A DNA stretch of 64,000 bases from Heterodontus francisci (taxonomy: Eukaryota), in contig NC_090403.1 of assembly GCF_036365525.1 (NCBI RefSeq), positions 26,235,461-26,299,460 of the forward strand, written 5' to 3'. This document shows positions 37,138 through 51,087 of this stretch, in pieces. The position numbers and the translations under genes were made by a program. The notes beneath the pieces were generated by a model. The model was given only the letters and a program-made list of their open reading frames with translations, searched no databases and was not told the DNA's origin. How positions within the stretch are numbered: position 1 is the stretch's first letter; each line of letters starts with the position of its first letter.

Positions 37138-37236
37138 TCAGTTTCTTCTTCTGATTTTTGCTGTTATAACAAGGATCTGTTGTAAACAGGCTCTGGTCTC
37201 AGTGCGGATTATTTCCCAGGCACAGTCACTGAATAT
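37138..37236 (-). CDS. IFN1: Type I IFN gene C exon 4 (IFSDCAWEIIRTETRACLQQILVITAKIRRRN*)
   Basis: CAWE motif, TGA stop. Confidence 0.92.
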   Translation of the reverse strand: MFSDCAWEIIRTETRACLQQILVITAKIRRRN

Positions 37237-37343
37237 CTGAAGGAAGGAAATATTCGGGAAAATCCATTAGAGAATCAATAGATTTAAATGGGGTGAAATG
37301 AACTACATGCTAGTAATTACACAGAAAATACCAATTGTCCCAC

Positions 37344-37583
37344 CTTCTGTTTGAGAAACTTTTCCAGTTTCCTGAAGTATTTGTGAATGGCAGTGTTGCT
37401 CCTGGGCTTGGACTCTGATCTCAATTTCCAGACACATTCTTCCATCTCTCCGAGTTGCCGATCGAGGAGAAGACGAAAGTTTTCCACCTTGTCTCGGGGC
37501 CATGTGACTGAGCCCAGGTTCATGCTGTAGATCTTGTTGATGTGACGCAGGGTTTGATGGACAATCTGGATCCTGTCCTGGGC
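37344..37583 (-). CDS. IFN1: Type I IFN gene C exon 3 (80 aa)
   Basis: Open frame with canonical splice sites. Confidence 0.93.
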
Positions 37584-39004
37584 CTGTGCACAATAGACAC
37601 AATTACATTAGAGGGGGTCTTATACCTTTTCGGTTTAAAGTAGTTATGGAAAGGAACAAGGAATAGGTCAACAGTAAATAAGCAACGGGAGGCTTTAATA
37701 GTGAAGACATCTTGGATACAGACTGGTCTCATTCCTCTGAAGCAGAAAGTAAGGACATGCAAAATTCGAGCTCCGTGGATATAGAGCTTAAATAGATAGT
37801 GAAAAGGAAGGCTTCTCATAAATATTAGGCTCATAATAACGTGGGGAACGAAGCTGAATATAAACAGTGCAGAGAAGAACTATCAAAGAAATGAGGGGCA
37901 GAATGCATAAAAAATTGACTAGCTGCAAACAAAAAAGGGAAGCTACAAATCTTTTACAAGCATGTAAAGGGAAAGAAGGGGTAGTAATTAGTGGCCGGAA
38001 AAGCAATTTTCTTCTGGAGCAGGGGGTACAGCTGAGGATCTAAATGATTAATTTGCACGTGTCTTCACTAAATAGGATGGTTCGAATATCACAGTGAAGA
38101 TGGGTGTTTGGCAGAGGTGGAGGTAGAAGAAAAATTGGATAGGGTGAAAATAGATACAGAGGAGGTAGTTAAAAGATTGGTGGCACTCTACGTAGGAAAG
38201 TCACGCAGTCTGGATAGAATATGTCTCAGGTTGCTGAGGAAAGTAAGTGCTGAAATAATGGAAGTTCTGGCCACAATTTTCCAGTCCTCCTCAGATGTGA
38301 GAGTGATGCCAAAGGACTGGAAGTTTTCTCCCTGTTCAAAAAAGAAAGAGGGTAAACTTGACAACCACAGGCCAGTTCGCCCTTCATGGGTGGCGGGAAG
38401 TTTGTCGACAGTATTTTTCCAAGGTAAAATGAATTGTCACTTACCAAAATATGACTTAGTAACTGTCAACCAGTAAAAATTTGTTAAGGTAAAATCATGT
38501 TGCCTAACTTGATTGAGTTATTGTATCAAGTAGCAGAAAGGATTGCTGAGGGAGGTGTGGTGATTGTTGTGTATGTAGATCTTCAAAATATCTGTATACG
38601 GATTTGCTGAATTGATGGTGAAAAAATTCAGTAATAGGTTTGAAAGGGAAATTGAGTAAATAGTTGAAGAGGAAAGGTTTGCATGGCTATGGGAAATAGT
38701 GAGGGGAGTGGGAATAATTGGATAATTCATTCAAAGAGCCTGCACAAGCATGATGAGCCACATGGCCTCTTCTGTACCATTCAATGATTCTATGACTTAA
38801 CCTGCCCTGATGGTGCAAACCACACAGCCAATCACTGTAGCTCAGGAGTGAGATGGTTAGAGGGAGGCAGATTGTTACATTGTGTAAGATGAATGGGTGA
38901 GTTTAGATAATTAGAGGAAGTGAGATGATGAGAAGCAAGGTAATTTGACAAGATTCATGGTTAACATAGATGGAGGGTGTGAAATGGTTAAAAGAACGAT
39001 TAGG

Positions 39005-42000
39005 GGACACTGGCGTACTGATAATGTTACTTGAATACTAATTCAGACGCCAGGAAAAAGCTCTGGGGACATGAGTCCAAATCCCACCAGAGTGGCTGGT
39101 GGAAATTAAATATAATTATTAAATCTGCAGTTAAAAGCTAGTCTCATTTATGGTTACCATGAAACTATTGGATTGTCAATAAAAACACATCTATTTCATC
39201 AATGCCAAATCTACTGTCCTTACCTGGTCTGGCCTATATGTGACTCCAGACCTGACTCTGAAAGGGCCCAGCAAGCCATTCAGTTGTATCAAACCACTGT
39301 CGAAAAGTTGAATAAGAATAAAACTGGACAGATTGACCACAGCACCAGAAATGACAATGGCAGACTCTGACCAGTCAACCCTACAAAATCCTCCTTACTA
39401 CTTATCTGGGGACCTGTGCCAAAATAAAGAGAACTGTCCCACAGACTGCACAGGTTTGCCTGGCAGATTCATACTCACTGAATCATGCCATAGAGTCATT
39501 GTCCCAGACTACTCCATCATCATCGAAATGGGACAAGATACAGCCAGCAGAGTTAGTTGCACAGTATTAAACAGTGGGGAGGGAGTGTCCTCAACATTGA
39601 TGCCAGACCCCATGAATTCTTACACCATCAGGCCAAACATGGGCAAGGAAATCACCTGCTGATTACCACCTAAAACCTCCCTCAGACAATCAAACTTGCT
39701 CTGCCACACAATAAGATCATGGCTGATCCGATTGTGACATTAACTCCACTTTCCTCCCTTAACCAGCACCACCCCCATATCTCTTGACTCCCTTGTAGAT
39801 CAAAAATCTGTCTAACTCAGCCTTGAATATGTTCGGTGAATCACCCACCACTGCTCTCTGGGGAAGAGAATTCCAAATATTAAAGACCCTCTGAGAGAAG
39901 AAAGACCTCCTCGTTTCCATCTTAAAAAGAGACTCCTTATTTTAAAATTGTGCCCCCTTGTCTATCTCATGAAGAAAAACATCCTATCAGCATCTACGCT
40001 GTCAAGCCCCCTCAGAATATTATATGTTTCAATAAGATCACCTCTCATTCTTCTAAACTCCAATGAGTATAGACCCAACCTCCTCAACCTTTCCTCATAA
40101 GACAACCCTTTCATCCTAGGAAACAGCCCAGAGAGCATTTGCTGAACTGCTTCCAATGCATGTATATCCCTCAGATGATGAATCAGCACTCCTTCATGTT
40201 TAACACCACTTTGAGGAAGCAGTGTGGGTCGTAATGGCACAGAATGTACTCTTGGTGGAGAACCTCAATGCCCATCACCAAGAGTGGCTCAGTAGCAGCA
40301 CTACTCACCGAGCTGGTCCAGTCCTGATGGATGTAACATCCAGACTGGGCCTGCAGCAAGTGGTGATGATCCAGGAAAAAGGAAATTTGCCTGACATCAT
40401 CCTCACCAAGCGACCTGTTGCAGATGCATCTGTCCATGACAGTATTGGTAGGAGTGAGTACCACATAGTCCTTATGGAGGTGATGTCCTATCTTCACTCT
40501 GAGGATACTGTCCATTGTGTGCAATGGCACTACCACGGTGCTAAATGGGATACATTCAGGACAGATCTAGCAGCTGAAAACTGGGCATCCATGAGGCACT
40601 GTGAGCCATCAGCAGCAGCAGAATTGTATTCAATCACACTCTGTAACTGCATGGCCTGACATATCCCTCACTCGACCATCACCATCAAGCCAGAGGATCA
40701 GACCTGGTTCAATGAGGAGTTTAAGAGAGCAAGCCAGGAGCAGCACCAGGGATACCTAAAAATGAGATATCAACCTGGTGAAGCTACCACACAGGACAAC
40801 ATGCATGTTAAACAGCGGAAGCAGCATGCCATAGAGCTAAGAGATCCCACACCAATGGATCAGATCAAAGCTCTGCAGCCCTGCCACATCACGTTGTGTA
40901 TGGTGGTGGACAATTAAACAACTAACAGGGGGAAAAGGCTCCACAAACATCCCCAGTGTCAATGTTGGGGGAGCCCAGAACATTAGTGCAAAAGACAAGG
41001 CTAAAGTATTTGCATCCATCTTGGCCTCCTCGTGAGGTCCCCAGCATCATAGATGCAAATCTTCAACCAATTCAATTCACTCCACGTGATTTCAAGAAAT
41101 GGCTGAAGGGACAGGATACAGCAAAGGCTATAGGGCCTGACAACATCCTGGCAGTAGAATTGAAGACTTGTTCTCCAGAATAAGCTGCACCCTTAGCCAA
41201 GCTTTTCCAGTACAGCTACAACATTGCGATCTACCCAACAAAGCAGAAAATTGCCCAGGTGTGTCATGTGCACAAAAGACAGTACAAATCCAATCTGGCC
41301 AATTTCCATCCCATCAGTCTGCTCTCGATCATCAGCAAAGTGCTGGAGGGTGTGGTCAACAGTTCTATCAAGTGGCACTTACACAGCAATAACCTGTTCA
41401 CTGATGCTCAGTTGGGGTTCCAACAGGGCTATCCAGCTCCAGGCCTCATAATAGCCTTGGTCCAAACATGGACAAAAGGGCTGAATTCAAGTGGTAAGAT
41501 GAGTGACTGACTTGACATCAAGGCAGCATTTGACTGAGTGTGGCATCAAAGAGCCCTAGCAAAATTGAAGTCAATGGGAATCAGGGGGTAAACTCTTCAT
41601 TGATTGGAGTCATACCTAGAACAAATGAAGATGATTGTGGTTGTTGACAGCCAAACATCGAAGCCCCAGGACATCGCTGCAGGAGTTTCACAGGTTAATG
41701 TCCCAGACCTAACCATCTTCAGCCGCTTCATCAATGACCTTCCCACCATCAGAAGCTCAGAAGTGGGAATGTTCACTGATGACGTTATTCAGTACCAACC
41801 GTGACTCCTCAGGTACTCAAGCAGTTCATCTCCACCTGCAGCAAGAGCTGAACAACATTCAGGCTTGGGCTGATAAGTGACAAGTAACATTCATGACCAC
41901 AAGTGCCAAGCAATGACCATCTCCAACAAGAGAGAATCTAACCATCTCCACTTGATATTCAACAACATTACCATCACTGAATCTCCCACTATCAACATCC

Positions 42001-42468
42001 TGAGGGTTATCATTGACCAGAAACTTAACAGGACCAGTCATATAAATACTGTGGCAACAAGAGCAGCTCAGAGGCTGGTAATTCTGCGGGAGTAATTTAC
42101 CCCCTGACTCCCCAATGCCAGTCCACCACCTACAAGGCACAAGTCAGGAATGTGATGGAATACTCTCCACTTGCCTGGATGAGTGCAGCTCCAACAACAC
42201 TCAAGATGCTCGACACCATCCAGGATGAAGCAGCCCAATTGATTGACACCTGATCCAACACCTTCAACATTCTCTCCCTCCACCAGCATTGCAGTGTGTA
42301 ACTTGTACAAGATGCACTGCAGCAAATCACCAACAATTCTTAGACAGCACTTTCCAAAGCTGCAACCTCTACCACAGCAGCTGCTTGGCAACACTATCAC
42401 CTGCGTGTTCCCCTCCAAGCTACAAACCATCCTGACTTGGGAGTATATCGCCGTTCCTCCACTGTTAG
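39005..42468 (+). mobile_element. Degenerate LINE (APE + RT) in intron 2 of C
   Basis: Duplicate of 28170-31640. Confidence 0.85.
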
Positions 42469-42674
42469 AATTAAGGAGAAAGTAAGTGCTGTCATTGTGA
42501 GTGATGTAGTTAGTGAGTGAATGACTGAGTAGTTCTGCTGTCATTCTCACACCAATGGGCGGAAAACACTGGATTTAAATTTCCTGGTGTTGAAATTTCT
42601 GATCAGGTTGATGGTCTTACTCATACGCTCAATAAAACTCCAGTTCGAATAAAATAAACCCAGTGTTCACTCAC

Positions 42675-42764
42675 CTCGAATCCCTTCGAACGTTTCATCA
42701 GGTTCAAGGGCTTGGTTTTCAGTGAGAGCCTCTGTTTTACACAGCGTCGAGGAAAGCGACCGCC
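42675..42764 (-). CDS. IFN1: Type I IFN gene C exon 2 (GGRFPRRCVKQRLSLKTKPLNLMKRSKGFE)
   Basis: 90 nt with canonical splice sites. Confidence 0.92.
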
Positions 42765-42939
42765 CTGAGAGGAGATAACAATCACTGTTACAATCAGCCC
42801 CAGAAACTGAAATACTACAGAATCACTGACTATTAATTAGCAAAATTATAAACTGCAAACTATTTCTCCTGAAATGGGTTTGCACAACAAACAAACCCTG
42901 TGTGGTCCGGTTATGGTTCTGAATGTGTTTTAAACTCAC

Positions 42940-43071
42940 CATTTCATTCAGTTTGCTCAGAGTCTCTGTGTTGAGAACTTGTTGTAACTGCAACCTCTCA
43001 CAGCCCAGACTCAGGGTCCCGGGCAACAAGGCCAACACCATCCAAAATCTCCAAACACTGGGCAAAGCCAT
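42940..43071 (-). CDS. IFN1: Type I IFN gene C exon 1 (44 aa)
   Basis: ATG at 43071, gtgagt donor. Confidence 0.93.
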
Positions 43072-43169
43072 CCCAAGCGACCCAGAGTAAAACACTGATC
43101 TGAAGGATGAGTAACCGACGGCTTCGATGTTCAGCGCCGAAACGCTTCTTGTTCACTGACTTAAAATCT

Positions 43170-44125
43170 GAAAGTGGAAATGCAGCCGATTCTGATCCAG
43201 GAGCGACCGTCTGTGTTGCTGAATGGTGTGAGAGTGCGGCTGGATTCTGCTGGGAACTCTCACTGACACTGCCATGCTGTCGGATTTAATGTGTGGCATT
43301 GCATTCGAAAAGTGAAAATATTCTGCAGGATTTTTGGAGTTTGTGCTATTTCTTTGTGATGTAAGGAATCGAAAAGCTGGAGAGTCCAGAGGCAGCAACT
43401 GGAAAATCCCCGGTAGAAAAACATTGAACCAGCTCTCGATTCCAGTTCAATGTTGTGTGGGTTCAGATCACCGGGGCATGAAGGGAGAGTCTGTATTGGT
43501 GGGAGTGTGAACATGTATTGGGGCTGTATTTTATAATCCGGTTCAGAGAGACACTGACAGCGGTAATCCGGTGCCGCGGCTTTTAATGCTGACATTCGGC
43601 TCCAGAAAGAGCGATTCCCTTTTAAATCCACTCTCTCCCCGGTGTGCTCACATCGCGCTTTTCCTGTTCACACTTCGCAGGTTGGACATTGCAGAGATCC
43701 CGGGTCACAGCCCAGGGTCACCGCTTGATGCCGAATGTCTCCGCTCGGATTCACCTGTCGGAGAATCTGCTCTTTGAGTGGAAGAAGTTTGTCATTTCTG
43801 GGCTCTTTTCTGCGGTCATTTTCAGAGTTTGTTTGAAAGAAAATTTAATCTGCTTCGACTCTGAGTCCCAAAGTGATCCCGCTCCCTTTTCTTTCATCAT
43901 TTCTTTCTTGTCTCCCTCCCGGGAAAGTGTCCGTGTCAGTTTCTCTGTGGAAATGAACCTTGTGTCAATTACATCGAAAGTGAAAGTGTCTCAGGGAAAG
44001 TGACGAGTTTTGTCATTTCCGAAAGGGAGGACAGTTTGTAAACAGAGCGGGTCACACTGAGAGGGCTGAGGGGGAGCTGCAACAGGGTTTGGGATATCCG
44101 GGATATCCCCGATTACAAAGGGAAT
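43170..44125 (-). promoter_or_regulatory. Promoter/enhancer of gene C (IRF and NF-kB motifs)
   Basis: GAAAGTGAAAGTG 43976-43988, tandem kB-like site 44091-44110. Confidence 0.6.
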
Positions 44126-45190
44126 GTCACAAAATCAATCTCAGCTGAAACTGTGATCAAAAACTTCCGTCCGGGTGGATGTGGGACTGAGATCCCACGA
44201 GCACCAGCTTGAGACGGGAGAAAAACTGCAATTTAGAATAATGCTGATGGTAACAGGATAATGGTGAATAAAACTGTAGGAATTGTAAATAGTTTCGAAT
44301 GGAGGCGGAAGGAGGGTTAGGGAATTTAAGGAGGAATGTTTAAAACACTGGTGTGTAACATAAAAGGAAGTAGCAAGGACTCTTAGCAGCACGTCCATTA
44401 TAATCTTATTCTGTACCTTTCTCATTCTGCATAATTGGACTTCCTAATGTCAACATCTTGTCACCCCATTGGGGTAGAGATTCCGCTTTGTAGGAACTCA
44501 TGGGGAGAGCAAATAGATGGGTTTATCCCCAATTTTGCCTCATTGCGCTCCGAACGAAATTGTATGTTTTGAGATTTTGTTCTCGAGTTTCCGCTCAAAT
44601 TCGTTTGCCAATCACCAAACGCAAAATCTGCCATGAACCAACAAATCGGTCAGGGATTTCAAATGTATTTCTAATAAAACTGCCTTAAAATGTTCGATTA
44701 GATATCTAAGAGTGGAAACAGTTGCAGTTTGATTCAGACAGCAGAAAATGGATTTATCACAAAAAGTAAGCATTTTAAATGACACTATCAATCCTGCACC
44801 TGTGAGATTTTAAATGACTGAAATTGGCATTTTAAAGTATATAGGCTCATTTGTTAGTTATATTTGGGTGCAATAGTCATTTTCTTCGTAAAGTAAACTT
44901 GCCGAATCTTGTCCTTATTGCCCAAATGAAGCACTTTAAGATTTGGATCCTCCGGAGAGGCCTGCAATTACAATGGTGATTAATTTATCCTGGCAATAAA
45001 GCCACTATTTTGGCACAACCAGCTTCCAGTGCAATCTTTTTTCTAAACTAGCGTTGAGAGTGGAAACTCAATTTGCCCTGGATGTAATTTGCAGGTAACA
45101 GCGGTCAATCTTTCACAGTTATTTCACTGACTTTGGGTGAGTTGCACTGAGAAAACCAGGACAAATAGGCATGTGGTAAGTACAGAACCT

Positions 45191-47923
45191 GTGAACTGCT
45201 GAAAATAGAGACATATTGTGGAAGCTTTTGGTCTTGCACTCATCAGGACAACAGGCAAGAATAACCAATGTAAGGGGAAACAACAACTTATTCTGTTTGA
45301 CAACAGAGTGCTGATTGGTTGGCAAGTGAATTCTGATTGGTGGAGGCTTTGCCATGGAGCATGCACCAGTTTCTGGTGACTGGCAGTTAACTGTCAAGCT
45401 TTGTTTGAAATTTCAACCAGGCAGCTTGACTCTGGTTGGTCAAGGCATTTCTCTGAGGAGTGAACCAGCAAATGGCTGAAACAGCGGCAATGTGTGGACA
45501 TGTTATTTCTCTGTGCAACGAACAGAGCCCTGTGTATTAAGATATGTAGCTTCCAGTACACACAAATGAGCCACACTGTGAGTCCAACTGACAATCTTCA
45601 GTTAGTTGTAAGTGTAATTCTTAGCACACTGCGGATTATTTAGCAAATGTTGTCCAATTGCAGAATCATATCTAATTTTGGACACTGTGTTCTGAGTTTT
45701 GCAACCAAGGGCTGTTTGGTTACGTCCTGTCCGTTGCCTTTTGCAAACAGTGGAAGGGACATGTTGTTTGATACAATTCACCAGTCTTTGGGATGTACAG
45801 CCTAAATACTTAGCATCACACGCATTGAAATTCATCCATCACACAACTCACTTGTGTGAAAGGCAGGGAGATGTTTGCCTTGACAGCAGCATCAGGTTAG
45901 TCGTGAACACTTTAGCTTTACCTGTTGATCAATGTTTTGGGATACATTACTCTTCCTCTATAAAAACAAAGGTGACCGCGGTGACTGCAACAACTACCAT
46001 GGAATCTCCCTGCTCAGCATAGTGGGGAAAGTCTTTGCTCGAGTCGCTCGAAACAGGCTCCAGAAGCTGGCCGTCCACGTCTACCCTGAGGCACAGTGCG
46101 GCTTTCGTGCAGAGAGATCGACCGTTGACATGCTGTTCTTCCTTCGTCAGATACAGGAGAAATGCCGTGAACAACCGATGCCCCTCTACATTGCTTTCAT
46201 TGATCTCACCAAAGCCTTTGACCTCGTCAGCAGACGTGGTCTCTTCAGACTACTAGAAAAGATTGGATGCCCACCAAAGCTACTGAGTATTATCACCTCA
46301 TTCCGTGACAATATGAAAGGCACAATTCAACATGGTGGCTCATCAACAGAGCCCTTTCCTATCCTGAGTGGCATGAAACAGGGCTGTGTTCTCGCACCCA
46401 CACTTTTTGGGATTTTCTTCTCCCTGCTGCTTTCACATGCGTTCAAGTCCTCTGAAGAAGGAATTTTCCTCCACACAAGATCAGGGGGCAGGTTGTTCAA
46501 CCTTGCCCATCTAAGAGCGAAGTCCAAAGTATGGAAAGTCCTCATCAGAGAACTCCTCTTTGCTGACGATGCTGCTTTAACATCTCACACTGAACAGTGC
46601 CTGCAGAGTATCATCGACAGGTTTGCGGCTGCCTGCAATGAATTTGGCCTGACCATCAGCCTCAAGAAAACGAACATCATGGGGCAGGACGTCAGAAATG
46701 CTCCATCCATCAATATTGGCGACCACGCTCTGGAAGTGGTTCAAGAGTTCACCTACCTAGGCTCAACTATCACCAGTAACCTGTCTCTAGATGCAGAAAT
46801 AAACAAGCGCATGGGAAAGGCTTCCACTGCTATGTCTAGACTGGCCAAGAGAGTGTGGGAAAATGGCGCACTGACACGGAACACAAAAGTCCGAGTGTAT
46901 CAAGCCTGTGTCCTCAGTACCTTGCTCTATGGCAGCGAGGCCTGGACATCATATGTCAGCCAAGAGCGACATCTCAATTCATTCCATCTTCGCTGCCTTC
47001 AGAGAATACTTGGCATCAGGTGGCAGGACCGTATCTCCAACACAGAAGTCCTCGAGGCAGCCAACATCCCCAGCTTATACACACTACTGAGTCAGCGGCG
47101 CCTGAGATGGCTTGGCCATGTGAGCCGCATGGAAGATGGCAGGATCCCCAAAGACACATTGTACAGCGAGCTCGCCACTGGTATCAGACCCACCGGCCGT
47201 CCATGTCTCCGCTTTAAAGACGTCTGCAAACGTGACATGAAATCCTGTGACATTGATCACAAGTCGTGGGAGTCAGTTGCCAGCGTTCGCCAGAGCTGGC
47301 GGGCAGCCATAAAGGCGGGGCTAATGTGTGGCGAGTCGAAGAGACTTAGTAGTTGGCATGAAAAACGACAGAGGCGCACGGGGAGAGCCAACTGTGTAAC
47401 AGCCCCGACAAAAAAAAATGTCTGCAGCACCTGTGGAAGAGCCTGTCACTCCAGAATTGGCCTTTATAGCCACTCCAGACGCTGCCCCACAAACCACTGA
47501 CCACCTCCAACCGCTTACCCATTGTCTCTCGAGATAAGGAGGCCAAAGAGACCTTTCCAGGGTAATTTGAGGTAGACTGGGCATTTCTCATTACCACAAA
47601 TGATGGCCGTACTCACGTTTATAAGTTTGCGTGATTTACAGTGAGAAATGATCTGATTCGGGTCACCAATGTCACGCAGGATTTCATTGATTCACCCTAT
47701 TTCAGCATCAAGCTTGCATGGTGAGCAAATGGCTCGGGCCCTTTTTACGAGGTTGACCATAAAGTCAATCTTCTCGCGCGTGGAACTGTAGGAATCCCAA
47801 TGCGTGTTTTGAACAATGAAGTATAAGTTCTTGTTTTCCCTTACATTGGTTATTCCTGCGTGTTGTGCTGATGAGTGCAAAATGAAAAGCTTCGACAACA
47901 TGTCTCTATTTCCAGCAAATCTC
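45191..47923 (-). mobile_element. Penelope-like relic, interrupted by an RTE insertion
   Basis: Copy of 23090-24228. Hammerhead motif at 47861-47900 has a mismatched helix I closing pair. Confidence 0.8.
45951..47550 (+). mobile_element. Young 5'-truncated RTE-clade LINE with an open RT frame (ORF 45932..47500, 522 aa)
   Basis: GISLLS, QCGFR, FIDLTKAFD, QGCVLAP, LLFADD, RLRWLGHV and a C-terminal C..C...H zinc motif. Absent from the other units. Confidence 0.93.
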
Positions 47924-48535
47924 AAAAACTAGGACAAGCGAGTGGAAACTCCTGTTTGCTTTTTGATAATTCTAAATTCCTATCCACCATTTTTTTGAGA
48001 CTTGCATTATAAAATTGATGGTCTGAGTGCATAAAACAAGGCACTTCCGATGAAAAGAGGTAGAGATTATGATGTCACTTCGTGGGTGGGAGATAGAGGA
48101 ATAAATAGAGGGTCGATGGAATGTTCGGGATGCAAAGCGGCAATAAACTCAGCCATTTGCTCTCTGCATAAAAGATAATGGAGATTGACTAACAATTTAG
48201 ATAAAGCTGTTTGTGAGCATTTATCATTGTAAATTGCTATGACAGCATTTGAAATCCAATTTTGACATGGCAACTGCCAAACTGCCATGATATAATTGCA
48301 GCCTTTGGTCATAAGGCTGCTCTTTCCATATCTTCGTATTATTCCCTTGGAGAGAATAGTGCAAATTAATATAAGGAATTGCAGGATGATTAACAGTCTG
48401 ACAAATGGCGTCTCGAGCATTCCTTCCATGGCCATAAACATACCAATTGACAGATTGATCAGTCCTAGACCACAGGAGAGTATTATAGGCTCCCAAAAAC
48501 CATGCGGAGTATGGGGAATCCAATGGGTACATGTG

Positions 48536-48895
48536 GCGGCACCGTGGCGCAGTGGTTAGTACCACAGCCTCACAGTTCTAGCGACCCGGGTTGAAATGTG
48601 GGTACTGCCTGTGCGGAGTTTGCAAGTTCTCCCTGTGTCTGCATGGGTGTTCGCCGGCTGCTCCGGTTTTCTCCCACAGCCAAAGACTTGCAGGTTGGTC
48701 GGTAAATTGGCCATTATAAATTGTCCCTAGAATATGTAAGTGGTTGGGAAATATAGGGACAGGTGAGGATGTGGTAGGAATATGGGATTAGTGTAGTTTT
48801 AGTATAAATGTGTGGTTGATGGTCGGCACAGACTTGGTAGGCCGAAGGGCCTGTTTCAGGGCTGTATCTCTGAAATAAAAATAAATAAATAAAAA
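48536..48895 (+). mobile_element. HE1/V-SINE-like SINE unique to unit 3
   Basis: GTGGCGCAGTGGTTAG head, A-rich tail, absent at the matching site in the other spacers. Confidence 0.85.
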
Positions 48896-50059
48896 ATGTG
48901 TCCACCCAGAATTCAGAACCAGAATTTGGATCCTCCATTGAGACACTCTGGACTATCCCATTCTCTGACCCGAGGCAGTAATCATAATACTAAGCAAAAG
49001 GTTCACTCCAGGCCCTGGCCTGATCCTGTGGAATAAGTCTCTGAAGTTTTCCAACATGCATAGAAAAAATGTATATTGATCAATTGACTGTGGACAAAGC
49101 CAGGGGAAATGTATTAATAAGAACTAAAAGGACAGTCAGGGTGCATTAGTGGGTGAATGAAGACTTGTGTTTGAACAAATGGTAGAAATATTGAGATGAA
49201 TACACAAAAGCAAGGATGAAGTGCATATCAGTGGACCAAAGGGAAGGGAGGATAAAAACAAGTAAGTGTGAATGACAGTAGGAAATACACCAGGCCCAGA
49301 TCATATGCAGTCTAAGAAACTATGAAATAAGGTCAATGAGAGAAAGAACAAATCATAATTTTCCAATCAACTTCAGTAGCAAGTATTGTGCCAAAGGATT
49401 GCAGGGTGGCAAGATATTATATGCCTCTTAGACTTAATTCAGCTGTATGTAACTCTATGGAGTCCATAGTATGGGGTGAAATAATTGAGAAGTCAGAGAA
49501 GCATGAGGGACAGTCAACACAAATCTGTAAATAATACTTGTGCTTGTGGAATACCTTTAAAGTTTTCAATAAGCTCACATACAAATCGACAGAAATGCAA
49601 TCAGTGTTAAAGATATAGATTTTCAGAAGGTGTAAGACACTCCCACTTTTCACTCATTCTCATTCATCACACCCATTGACTGATTTCCCTGTCTGTACTC
49701 TGTGTCAGATACTCCAGTCATCTCCTGCCGCCACCCATCCTTTTCTTCGTCCATTTCCAATTGATGGCTTTATTTTGCCCTTTCCTGTTTAACACCTCAG
49801 GCTTAATCCTCTCTCATTTGGAGTGCGGATATGAAGTTGAGAAAAAAGTGGAAAATCAGGTAAATTGGGTTTGAAATGGATTGACAGCTTTGAGCAGTGA
49901 GGGAAAATCAGACAGCAGAGAGAGGAGACTTGAGCAGAGATTGTATCAGTAACAGACAGCAAGGAGAAAAATCCAGAGCATTTATAGTGAGTATGGAAAA
50001 CTGATCAACACAAATGAGAAATAGACATTATTCTTGTAAATGTGAATTTTTGAAAACAA

Positions 50060-50641
50060 TTTATTTACACCAACATATATTCATTCAGTATAAAAGATTT
50101 CCAGTTTACAAAAACATTGTCTATCACACAACTCTAAATAAATATCAATAAGTTAATTTTTAAACTCACTTTACACATTGTATAACACTGTAACATTTCA
50201 TTATGTGAACAAATCACAACAATAAATATCAATGAATTAGGATGAATTGAGATGGATTGTAGTTTGGGCTCTTTGGAGAGCAGAATTGTAAAGGTCAGTG
50301 TGACTCAGGGTTCATTGATCTGCAAACCTACACCCTTGAGAGCCCAATAGTGCATTCAAAACCAGACTCCCCACAATGAGCCCTTTAGCATTTCATCACA
50401 GGAAATTATCACAGCAATAAATATAAATAAAATAAAATATTAAATATGAGCAATATTAAGCCAGTCATTCTTCTCTATCGGTCATTTTGCTGCCAATGGC
50501 ATCATTACAGCAATCCAATTACATTAAAATATTAAATAAAATAAATACTGTTAAATAAAATATATGTAGTTATACATTTAATGCATTAAAAATAAATATT
50601 TATTTTTTTCAGTCTGTACTAAACATGTCTTTGGAAAGTCT
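50060..50641 (-). promoter_or_regulatory. 3' UTR of gene D with AU-rich elements and AATAAA (50060-50065)
   Basis: Homologous to the gene B and C UTRs. Confidence 0.65.
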
Positions 50642-50740
50642 TCAGTTTCTTCTTCTGATTTTTGCTGTTATAACAAGGATCTGTTGTAAACAGGCTCTGG
50701 TCTCAGTGCGGATTATTTCCCAGGCACAGTCACTGAATAT
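50642..50740 (-). CDS. IFN1: Type I IFN gene D exon 4
   Basis: Identical to gene C exon 4. TGA stop. Confidence 0.92.
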   Translation of the reverse strand: MFSDCAWEIIRTETRACLQQILVITAKIRRRN

Positions 50741-50847
50741 CTGAAGGAAGGAAATATTCGGGAAAATCCATTAGAGAATCAATAGATTTAAATGGGGTGA
50801 AATGAACTACATGCTAGTAATTACACAGAAAATACCAATTGTCCCAC

Positions 50848-51087
50848 CTTCTGTTTGAGAAACTTTTCCAGATTCCTGAAGTATTTGTGAATGGCAGTGT
50901 TGCTCCTGGGCTTGGACTCTGATCTCAATTTCCAGACACATTCTTCCAGCTCTCCGAGTTGCCGATCGAGGAGAAGACGAAAGTTTTCCACCTTGTCTCG
51001 GGGCCATGTGACTGGGCCCAGGTTCATGCTGTAGATCTTGTTGATGTGACGCAGGGTTTGATGGACAATCTGGATCCTGTCCTCGGC
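50848..51087 (-). CDS. IFN1: Type I IFN gene D exon 3 (80 aa, AEDRIQ...YFRNLEKFLKQK)
   Basis: Open frame with canonical splice sites. Confidence 0.93.

Larger units (their letters stand above)
32107..42933. repeat. Tandem segmental unit 2 (10827 bp)
   Basis: Colinear with unit 1. Lacks the promoter CR1 and has a ~450-bp deletion near 35250. Confidence 0.9.
37138..43071 (-). other. IFN1: Type I interferon gene C span: complement(join(37138..37236,37344..37583,42675..42764,42940..43071)), 186 aa
   Basis: Intact spliced frame. Introns of 175, 5091 and 107 nt. Confidence 0.92.
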
